Shown here: positions 53,491-64,000 of the stretch, piece after piece | Numbering within the stretch: position 1 is the first letter of the stretch | How the letters are laid out: the number at the start of each line of letters is the position of its first letter | From: Macrostomum lignano | Lineage: Eukaryota | Direction of reading: 5' to 3' | NCBI GenBank assembly: GCA_002269645.1 | Contig: NIVC01001592.1 | Coordinates: 200,088 to 264,087, forward strand | Length of the DNA stretch: 64,000 nt | Made by a program: the position numbers and the translations under genes | The notes under the pieces: generated by a model | What the model was told of the DNA's origin: nothing | What the model saw: the letters and a program-made list of their open reading frames with translations, nothing else | Databases searched by the model: none

Positions 53491-56400
53491 GGGTGATTCT
53501 CATCGAGAGGTTTTAGAGGTTTTGAGGTTTTTCAGAGGTTTCATTTCGAACAAATATTTTTGCACAAAATTTTTAATACTGTACAAAAATTGAAATCTTA
53601 CTGAAATTTACTAATGAATACAAATTTTCTTTAGAAAATAGCTCGGAGGTTTTGAATTCTTTTTAATTTTGCTTTTGATAGGCACGCGCGGAAATTATTT
53701 AACTGTTTTTATGCGAAGTGGTAGTCTGACACATTTTATGCCATGCCATTTTTATTGCTTCCTTTTCATTTCATAAGCGCAAAGTTGCGAATAGTCACAA
53801 GTGTGTGTTGTTCTATTTTAATGCATATTCGTAACTATCCTAATTTCTACTTGACCTGTCCATGTAATTAAAAACAGACACTATTTATTAATACGAATTT
53901 CATATTGTTTTTGACTTGGTCTTAAGAAAGCTATCAATTTTTAAGCCAGACTAACTAAATGAAGACTAACAAGACCAAGTCAGTATTTTTTCATCAAGTC
54001 AGTATCAGTCGCTATTTAATATAGATTGTTAGTCTAACTAACTAAAGGCCCTAAGTATTTAACTAGGCATCTATAATGTAAAATAAAATTATTTTTTTCA
54101 CTTATTTGATATTCTTTTTTTATTTTACATCCATTATACTAAAACTTTTATTTTTATATTTTCTATTATTTACTATTTTTACATCATCATCCTAAATCCT
54201 AACACACAATGCACATAAGATAAAAATTTATTACCTAAGCCTCTAATACTAGTGAATAATTCTCTTCACAAAGCTTTAAAAATGGCAATTTTTTATTTTA
54301 CAGCTTTACCTCTACCTATAAAATTGAAAGCTCTAATGATCTGAAATTTTTACATTTTCAATTTTAAATATAATTTATTAATAGCTTTATATTCAGTTAT
54401 AATTTAAGTTGATATAGTTGAGTACAATTTCTATTATTCTTATACATTAGTATCTTACTTTAGTTTTTGTCTTTTTATGCAAATATTCAAAGTAAATAGT
54501 AGCTTGCCCTTATGTATGCCTAGTTATCACATTTTTATTCAATTTTTAATTTACTTTATAAGTAAATTGTTTTAATATTAAACAAATATACTCTCTTATC
54601 ATCCACAGTAATTATCATGCCAATGAAATGCATGGTGCCAACCATGTTGGGGAGAAGGCTCTAAATCTTTAGATTTTCTTATGAAGTTAAGTACTTACAC
54701 TACACCCATATACTAAAATGTATGACTAACATTGTATTTCTCAATCGTGCCATCTTTCCAGAACCTATCAAACTATGGGAATTTGTGCAAAGCAATGGCT
54801 TGCTAAAATACCATTGCATAAGATGATATGCTTCTAGAAGTCACGGTTGGCGTGATATGCTTTTGGCGCGGCTCAACTATAGCATTGTTGCTCATCATTG
54901 CATCACTTGAGTCCAATTGTCACATTTTTGGGCTTCCAGCATCAACTGGTTCGATAGTCTCAATTGGAGGCCATGAAAAGCAATGTCAGGCATGCTGGTG
55001 CCAATCTTGGAGAGGAATTTGCAGCCCACCTGATTGCCCTGTAGGAATTGTGCCAAGGGAACTCACACCAATCATTTTTGTCCAGCAGCAGCAGCCGAGT
55101 GTTACTGATCCAAATGGAACTCACTACAACTGACATAATGCGACTGCCCGATTGCACTTTGCTGGCCACAGCAGAAACTGCGCACTGGAGAAGCATTGCC
55201 CATGTTCCTCACCCTACAATATTGAGGTCTCGATCACCTTGGTGGTCTTGACAATGTACATGCTTGGGCGCAACCTTGGGATTCCCTCGGCCGTTTCTAT
55301 TGGCAACACACACATGTAAGTCGCTATTGGACGGAATAGTAGTCACGTGACTGCTCTCAGCCAATAGCGACTTACCAATAGCGTGTGTGTTGCCAATAGA
55401 AACGGCCGGGTGATTCCCAAAGTTGCGCATGTATGTCAATGTAGGATGCATCTTCATAGACATGTCATTGAACCTGGAATGCTATGCTGCATCTCAAAAG
55501 GCTGGCTAACGTTTTTTCAAGGGTTTAGTGCGGCAAGACTCCAAGCCTGATAGATAACCCAATGTCAGCCAGCGTACGCCAACTTGATACAAGCAAATGA
55601 GCTTCACGGTAGTTGCCAATTGGTCTTGCCTTATTTTTTTAGGCCCTTCATTTTTAAAACATCGAACATTGCAAGAATGCATTTCAAAAACAAAGAAGGA
55701 ATGTTTTGTATTTTCTTTATCAGTATGTATATTTATCCATACATTGCTGTTACATTGCCTAAATACACTATATTATAAATATTCTTTGAGAGTCAAATCA
55801 AAACAGTTTAAAAGTTCACATTTCAGATATTTACATGAGAGGATATAAGTCTTTTCTTGTTATTTACTCAGATGAAAGTGAAGTTCTTAACTTTTCTTAA
55901 CTAAAGTTAATGCGCATATGAAAGACAATGCCTGCTAAAACGAAGGCTGTAGCGCGTCAGCCAGCAAGCAGTTGAAGAACTTCAGTCACTCATCTCGAAG
56001 GCAGTGCGCAGTAGATTAGCCCCTAGGCTGTTGGTCAATGTCATCTGGTTAGTAGCTACTTACTTACTTACTACTGACGGGGGGCACAGGCGCCGCGAAT
56101 AGGCCGCGAGGCCCCTATTGCAACCCCAAGGTAAAAGAGCACAAGGATAGTAGCTAGAGCACAGCCATCTTCTGTATGCTGACAACCAAACCAATTGCCA
56201 CCACAAAAGCAACCAGCCTGCCAAAGCTCTAAGGGTGGCGATGGCGAGCTAGGTTGCACTGAGTCGCAACATAAGTGGGTATAGGACATGGAATGCCATA
56301 ATGCCTGTTATTAGATTAGACAAACATGAAGCATTGTTGGCCTGTACAGGCTCAGAATGCAGGCAGGAGACCAGGCAAGCGGTAGTTCAGGCATGGTATT

Positions 56401-57438
56401 GGCAGCTGAAACAAAGTATGTTGAAATAAAAGGTATTGATTACTTTCATCTAAAACTTTTCATAAACAATCAATTTCAAAAGTCAATAAACATAATGATT
56501 TGTTCTTGCAATCTTTAAAGATGCCAATAATACATTTATATTGAAGAAATTATAATATTTTTAAATAAACAATGTCAAAAATGTGTCCAATGACTTTTTA
56601 GTTTCAACTCTAGTAAAAATATTGGTATCGGCTATCTAGCTTATTGCTCAACATAGATTTTTAGCATCAAACAAAGGTGGTGCAATATATGTACAAAGTC
56701 TTACTGCAAGCATTTTGTTTGTATAAGAACTAAATCTAAGGTGTTAGAGCTTTTGTCAGCAGTAACAGTTGTGCAACTAGTGTTATTTATGAGAGAAAAG
56801 CTAATAGCTTTTAATAATTAAAATAAATTTTATGATTAAAAGTAAAATGCTTTGCTTTAAGTAATAAAAAGTAAAATGCATACTTGTAATTCTAGGCCCT
56901 CATATATTTATAAAAAACATTGAGACAATATTAATTCTTCTATTTACTTCTCTGAGGCAGTATGCATGCAGGTCGTCAATGTCTTTACATAATTCGAATG
57001 CAAAATGGTATGCAGCACTCAAGTCAAAACAGGAAACGGATGAAACAGCTGTCTATATGTTTTCAGTATATTTCAAGCAGCGCCTTCAAGTCGAATATTT
57101 TTTTATTTTATTTTTGCACCTTGAATGTAAATGCCAATGGCAACGATGACATTACCAGTGTGTTGTGTTGCGTGTAGTGTTTTTAAAAAACCACTTTCTT
57201 ATTTAGCATAAAAATAGTTGCCTAAGTTAAATAATTTCCGCGCGTGCCTATAAGAAGCAAAATTAAAAAGAATCCAAAACCTCCGAGCTATTTCCTAAAG
57301 AAAATTTGTATTCATTAGAAAATTTAAATAGGATTTCAATTTTTGTACAGTATTAAAAATTTTGTGCAAAAATATTTGTTCGAAATGAAACCTCTGAAAA
57401 ACCTCAAAACCTCTAAAACCTCTCGATGAGAATCACCC
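53491..57438. mobile_element. 3.9-kb non-autonomous MULE-like element with ~210-bp TIRs
   Basis: TIRs start GGGTGATTCTCATCGAGAGG (53491-~53703; ~57226-57438). 9-bp TSD ACGAGAAAC (53482-53490; 57439-57447). No transposase recognised. Confidence 0.88.
55259..55435 (-). mobile_element. MITE, CATACATGCGCAAC family, nested in the MULE-like element
   Basis: Reverse-orientation homologue; 8-bp TSD with one mismatch (ACAATGTA/TCAATGTA). Confidence 0.87.
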
Positions 57439-57596
57439 ACGAGAAACGAATGCAACAAGACCGCTTTAAGCCGCGCTATAAAACAGATTAAGCATTATGC
57501 TTGCATTTTTTGTTGACAACATTGCGCAATCAATCAATTTAAAAAAGTTTTCAGGCTTCATTGAATTTTGGTTTATTTAATATCTCATTTAAAAGT

Positions 57597-57686
57597 ATGT
57601 CGAAGAAGACTGCACTTGTGATTATTACGAACGGAACAGAAGAAATAGAAGCTGTCACAACTGCTGACGTTCTCGTTCGTGGTGAT
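57597..57686 (+). CDS. PARK7: DJ-1/PARK7 (ThiJ/PfpI family), first coding exon; the rest lies beyond or was not found
   Basis: MSKKTALVIITNGTEEIEAVTTADVLVRGD followed by a GTATGT donor after codon 30, matching the DJ-1 N-terminus. Confidence 0.82.
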
Positions 57687-58121
57687 GTATGTGTTTATTC
57701 TTGCATATTTAAGCATCAATTTTTGTATTTAGGGGGCCTACTTTTTAAACAAGAAGTTTGGCCATAATAATTAAAAAACCTTGTATTGTTACTGTTTGAC
57801 TTTGGGCCATAAAACTTTATTTTTGATATACAACTTTTTGCATATAGGCCATAGTCAAGAAGGTGGCATATGCACGCTGGAATGATTTTTGCTATGCCTA
57901 TCTATCAATCATCTCCTAATGCCAAAACTGATGTGTTGTTTGTATGTATGTGTGTATATATGTGTATATAACGTAACTCCTCCTAGGCTACTTGCAACTT
58001 AGCATTGAAACTTATATAGGAAAACTGCAAATTTTCTGGAATCGGCTTTAGGCTATTTCAATATAATAAAACTGATGTGTTATTTGTATGTGTGTGTGTA
58101 TGTAATGTAACTCCTCCTAGG

Positions 58122-60414
58122 TAGGGGTTCCGATGAGGTTTGTGAAATATGTCCCAAAACACGAAAAATGTGAAAATGTGTCCTATGTAGACCATAGTCC
58201 GGATGGTGTAATGTGGTACGCCGGAAGGAAAAAGGAGGATTCCCAAGTGGTATGCCAGTGGTATGCCAAAAGAAAGACATGGGGGTCCCTCAGTGTATAA
58301 TGTTGCGGCACTAAAAATCGTATGTTAATGTTAGTACGAAAGAAATAATAAACATTTTGACTTTGAAAACGGTAAAAATATGGCGGACAAACTTTAACAA
58401 TTATTAAAAAATAACAGATATAATCAGCGCTCAGAAATTTATTTACCAATAATACTAGGCTAAATTATTTTATTAATATATTTATAAAATGATTAATCAA
58501 GTTATACAATGCAGGAAAAAATATATGCAATTTTTTACGTAAAATACATTGTCGTGTGATGTAGTCGTATCTTGTATGTCGTAATTTACGCAAAATTACA
58601 AAAAGTTTTTACTCTGGCAACAATTTTTTTGCCTGGTGGTGCCTATGGTACGCTAAAAGTGGTACGCCAATTCAACTTCAGCTTGGTGGTACGCCAAAGG
58701 TGGTACGCCAAATGCTTTTTCGAATTGGTGGTACGCCAATGGTGGTACGCCAATTTTTCGGAAAACTCATTTGGTACGCCGGAAATCTCCGGCGTACCAG
58801 TCACCTTCCGGAGTATGGTACGTAGAATGAAGAAAAAAGGTACTAAATTACGAAATAAAGACAAACTGAAATATACAACAGAAACTAGACAAATTATACT
58901 TTCCAAAATGTGTTGAACCTTCTTATAGTATGACATAAGAAAAAAGTTATGTTTTGTGGTAACATGTCGAAAGTTACCACAAAAAGCGTCACAAATATGA
59001 AATGAAGCCAATCGTAAAAATGAGGTTTCATACGGCCAATTGAAATATCACCTTAAAGCGTGCTAGGAATAACAAATTAAATGAAAGGAATGAATAAAGG
59101 ATATAGTAAAGCATAAATTTTGCAATAAAAAAATGAAAAAAAAATTTCTAAGGCCCCTCTACTGTCAGTTGAAAATTTTCAACACGTTTTTCTTTGTGTC
59201 GTCATGAAAGGCCGCATTTTAAACAATTCAATTTGATATGTGGGTAACCTTTGCTCCATTTTGCCAAAAAGAGGCATCTCGAATGACTTGCCGCAAGGCA
59301 GCTGAGCCTCTGTTCCTTTATACATGTAAACTGCCATTAAAAAGACAATAAAGTTGATGTCTGTCTTCACAGATGCGGAGACAAGGAAATTAAACATGTT
59401 TAATATGCAGATTTCCATGCTGAATGACATGGTATAAGTCCCATTGCATGAAAGTTTGCCGCAGGGTCAATATTTAAGTTAACCTGCCAAAAAATGCGCG
59501 TCTACTTGTAGTAGATAAATGGTAAATTTGCAGATTTTTTTCGTTTTTTTTATTTGGTGAAGCCTGGCTATCCTCTTCATGATATTCTTTGTTGCCAAGC
59601 TGCCAACATGACTCGCAGGCAGACCCACATGCTGCATGAGGTGCTGCATCGCCTCTGGGACCTTGCAGTTTTGGGTTAACTGCAATGCCTTCCCAACTGT
59701 CACTATCAGCACTGGATCTGGCCCTGGGGCATCTGGAGGCCTGTTTTCATCACTGGCACTGCTCATTGCTGAAATTGGTGTATGAGCAATATGACTGCAG
59801 TTATAATGTCAATACATGTGAGCAAGATGGATTGAAATATACTAACTAATGACTGTCCCTAGCCTTGGCCTAGGCCTAAAAAGTAAGAAAATTCAGTTAA
59901 ATATGATCAGAATTTGCTCTGTACATCTTGGTAAAAATGCTAAATACCTAAAAAAATATATATTCAAAAGAACAATACCTATGTATTGTAAAAATGCACA
60001 TATATACATGTAATACACATTTGCACATATGATTTTCAGCATATCTAGCCGACTCCAACTAGGCCTACTAGCCAAGGCCCTTTAGTCTTTAAAAAGACTC
60101 TAATAGGGCCACAAAAAATATAAAAAATGCAAAAAAATGACACCAAACATATTAAAATTGGATAAGGGACAAAAAAGTTATAAATAAAAGTATATGAAAA
60201 ATTGTACTTTTTGTGCAAAAAAGGTCACAGGCCGTAATGCAAAAATGCCATAAGGAATTACAAAATTTTATACAACTAAAAATGCTATAACTTTTTTATT
60301 CCTTGACAGAAATTAACAAGTGAGGCCATTTTGGATTTTGGTTGCAGAGATCTACTTAGCTGCCCAAAAATATCCAAGAATAAAAAATGTTTCAAAACCT
60401 CACTGGAACCCCTA
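58122..60414. mobile_element. 2293-bp TIR element in the DJ-1 intron
   Basis: TIR TAGGGGTTCC(GA/AG)TGAGGTTT; 7-bp TSD TCCTAGG; subterminal TGGTACGCC repeats at 58210-58810; degenerate minus-strand ORFs 59179-59766. Confidence 0.82.
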
Positions 60415-60759
60415 TCCTAGGCTACTTGCAACTCAACATAGAAGAAACTTATATGGGATGGGAAAACAGAAAATTGTCTAGAATTGGCTTTAGGCTATTT
60501 TAATATTTCATTTTCACATTTTAAGATCCCTAAAAAAAGCAGAAAACTGATTTCTTAACCTTTTTGGCCCTTCTGTCTTTCTAGTAGAGGTTGGCAGTCT
60601 GTTTATAAAAAAAGCCACCCTAACCTTTGTCCACAGGGGCCATAGTTAGGATCATGTCATGGTATATGCCAGATTAAAAAGTCCCCCCTAAAAAATCTAT
60701 GCCACTTCATATTAAAATGTATGCCAAGGTCCTAGGAACTTACGCCAGGTTTTCTAGAA

Positions 60760-61310
60760 AGAAGAGTGAGATGAGGGATGAGAGATGAAAAAGTTAAGAG
60801 AAGAAAGTAGTGAGGAGAGGAGAGAAGAGAGATGCAATGAGAAAAAAGATGAGTGAGAAAATAAGAGAGAGAAGAGATTAGAGATTAGAGAAGAGAGGGG
60901 AGAATATGAGAAGAGAAAGGAAAAAAAAGAAAAGTGAGATTAGAGAATAAGAGATAAAAGAGAATAGAGAAGACAGGAGATGGTAGAAAGGAGGGTAGAA
61001 AGATGGGAGATAAGAAAGGAGAGGGTGAGAGCATATAGGAGATATGAAAATTGAAAGCAGAGAGGAGAGAGAAATAGAAGAAAGAGGGTAGAGGAGAGAC
61101 AATAGATAAGAGGGTGGAGATGAGAGATAAGAGAGGAGAGAAGAGGGGAGACAGGAGACAGGAGAGAGTAGTTCACAAATGAGAGAGATGAAAATGTAGA
61201 GAGGAGAATTTAGTGAGGAGAAAGAAGAGGATAAAAATGAGAGCACAGGGCACAAAGATGAGAGATGAGACTAGAGATAAGAGAGCAAAGAAGAGAGAGG
61301 AGACAGAAGA
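60760..61310. repeat. Degenerate GA-rich simple repeat
   Basis: Purine-rich low-complexity tract similar to 43810-44225. Confidence 0.85.
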
Positions 61311-63789
61311 GTCTGAGTCTGGACAATGGCAGTCAGTTTTTGCAAACAGGGAAAACAAGATATGGTATTTGAAAGGTTTTACAGAGGATTTAGAGATGAT
61401 TTGGAAGATGGGATTCAAATCATAGAATTTCAACTGATGGATTTCAGTGGGAATGGAAGTCCACTCGTGCATTACCTATAGTTTGAAAGGTGACATGTAT
61501 ACTAGGAGGGATTTCCCACTGTATAACAAAGGACAGGTACTTGCCATTTTTCAGCATATATCAACATATATTCCAGCATACATGACACAATGGAAATTTT
61601 TTGGCTTATATCTATGGCATACCTATATACATATTAGGATCAAATAAAGTGCCTTTATGTAAAACATGTTACATGCAACACCATTAACATGGATTCACAT
61701 AACAAGGAATAATAAAAAACATTTTTTTAACTTTGCCTTGAAAAACTTTTTTCTTAATTTTTAGCAAATAAAAGTATTTAAAGTACTTTTTTTATAATTA
61801 TATTTTTAGTATATTACAAAAGTGCATACTTTTTAAGTTTGTTACTCTGCATCAATAATGAATTCAAAAATAAAAAAGCATAACTTTGAAATACAAAGTT
61901 AAAAACATTTTTAGTCCTAGCATATAAATGTAGTCTTGTACTTTTTTCCTTACTGGACCAGGTATACACTAATACCCAAAAGTATATGCCCAAAAATTTA
62001 GGTGTGCATTGGCCATGTATGCTAAAAGTTGGCATGCACAATTGGCATGCAGGACTCATAAGAAAATAGTATATAATACTTAGTGTGCATATCATAGAAT
62101 CATATAGAAGAGTTATTGTTAAAGAGAAAAAACCATTTCAAAAAGTTTATTTTTAAGCATAAATTTCAAGCTTTTCAGTTTCAAAGCTTATAACATAGCA
62201 TATATACAAATGTTTGTGTATATTGATTTTTCAATAGATAATATAAGCATTAATTAAATTATCTGCTAGAAAGTATTCTTTATGCAACACAAAAGGGTTG
62301 TATACTGTTGCAATAATAAAGGTCATTTATTGTTGCAATACTGGCATAGATTTGAGTGTGGTATGCACTTAATTTTTTTGGTATGCATTTGTAACTATTC
62401 AATTTTTGTTTGGGCATGCACCATGCATGGTTTTGACTATGGTCTATGCATATAAAAAAGTGAAATAAAAATTGCACATTAAATATACTCCAAGCATTTT
62501 AATCTAAAAATGTTGAACAATGTTGAAAAATATTAAAAAAAGGTGAACTTAAAAATAAACCATAGTTATTACCATAGTTGCAATAGAATTCTATTTGATC
62601 TATTGAGGCCTATGAATAGGCATTGTGTCTCATGATGCTTTGTCAGTCATAGTCAGGTAAAAGATATGTACATAGGAAATTTCCAGGGTACACTCTAGAA
62701 ATTCGGCATATATGTTAGCATATAAAAATGATTTTGGGATATTGGTATACACATTTAGTATTTTGGTATGTGACATGCACCAAAAATGAAAAAAAATATT
62801 AATAAATAATAGTTGCAATAGTTGTCTATACATGCATTATAATTGTAAAATTTGATAACTGTTTAATGCAAAACTGCTTTTTATGTTTTTTATGCAAAAC
62901 AATTTGAAATTTTTACAAAAATATAAAAATTTTGTTTTTGTTTTTAATATCTATGAAGTAAAAACATTATACAAATATAATCATTTTTTAAGTTTCTAAC
63001 TTAATCTAATTAAAATTTAAAATAAAAATCATTTGTCTAGTAATAACATTTCAAAATTGACAATATGAAGCTTTGTAGAAGGTATTGTATTTGGCATTCC
63101 TTTGGTTTATGATTATTTAAATTTGTGACAACCCCTATAAGAAAGATATAAGAAGGCAAAACATATCATTTTCATCATATATCAAACCAGCAATCTAGTC
63201 AATACAATCTTTTTTCAATTATGAAAGTAGCCAGTTCCAAATAAATATAGAATAAAATGATACAAAGAGATAGTACATGTTTATATCAATAAAATGTTCA
63301 TTGAAGTTGAAGAGAATCCTATATATCCACTTTGGTTTATGATGCTTTAATTAGGAGAAATATATGTAAACAATTGTGAACCAAAGCTAAGGGGGTTTTA
63401 TTCTATATCATTTCAAGTTCTAGAACTTTTTGTTGAAAAAGATCCTATGCTATATATCTACTTTGGTTTATGATCTTTTAAATGGCAGAAATACATGTAA
63501 ATGATTGTGAACTGAAAGTATGAGTAAGTCCCTTATGAATCCCTTATTTTATTGGAACTTTCTGTGGCAATTCCCACTTTCCAAGAATAATAAAAATCTT
63601 TGTATACATAAAATTATTTTTAATAAGTGGTTTCTTCAATTCTTAGCATATGTTTTATATGATATCCACTATTAATAAGAACCATTTATTTCTTTTTGAG
63701 ACTATTTAGCACTTTTTAGCTTCTATCTTTTATAATGTTATAATGAAATGGTAATATCTTAGATAATATTTGGTAATGAAGCTAAAAAC

Positions 63790-64000
63790 CATGCTTAAGT
63801 CAGGGTTAGATAGGCTTTAGTCAGGGTTTATGTTGGGGTTTGCATCAGGGTCAATGTTTAGGTCAAGGTTTAGATTAGGGTTTTGGTCAGGGTTCAAGTC
63901 AGAATTGGGTCAGGTTTAAATTTGGGTCTGGTTGGCTCACACTTTGGGTAACAGTTTGGGTCCAACTTTAGGTTAGGGTTTGGGTCAGACTTTAGGTTTG
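63790..64000. repeat. Degenerate GGGTT/TTAGGG-like repeat
   Basis: Irregular GGGTC/GGGTT motifs; not a pure telomeric array. Confidence 0.6.

Noticed and set aside
54785-54835. Hint/hedgehog-like peptide HIILCNGILASHC on the minus strand
   Set aside because: 13-residue resemblance flanked by stops; no N-terminal Hint motif.

Overview
Eukaryotic (invertebrate animal) genomic DNA with GC-rich exons, AT-rich introns, dense mini/microsatellites and deeply nested transposons. The style and PFK sequence suggest a flatworm-like host (inference only). Host genes: an intronless 1644-aa ankyrin-repeat ORF (-), a 7+-exon 6-phosphofructokinase (+), a myeloid leukemia factor gene (+) and the first coding exon of DJ-1/PARK7 (+). 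Mobile DNA, mostly with exact TIRs/TSDs readable in the sequence: two tandem copies of an RT-RNaseH LINE 3' half; a 9.9-kb THAP/P-superfamily (Galileo-like) element; an internally deleted hAT; an FB-NOF-like Mutator with a Harbinger-type MITE in one TIR; a CATACATGCGCAAC-ended family (one 2-kb element, three MITEs); a 3.9-kb MULE-like element; and a 2.3-kb TAGGGG-ended element. Most interesting: the P-type transposase ORF is split by a 6.45-kb insert bounded by a 12-bp direct repeat. The insert has a Helitron/Helentron-like hairpin-CTAG end and carries a 5.2-kb, indel-free 24-bp higher-order satellite. Removing it restores one 960-964-aa ORF, and GT/AG sites at its edges could also splice it out in frame. 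Several frameshifts fall in homopolymers and may be sequencing errors.
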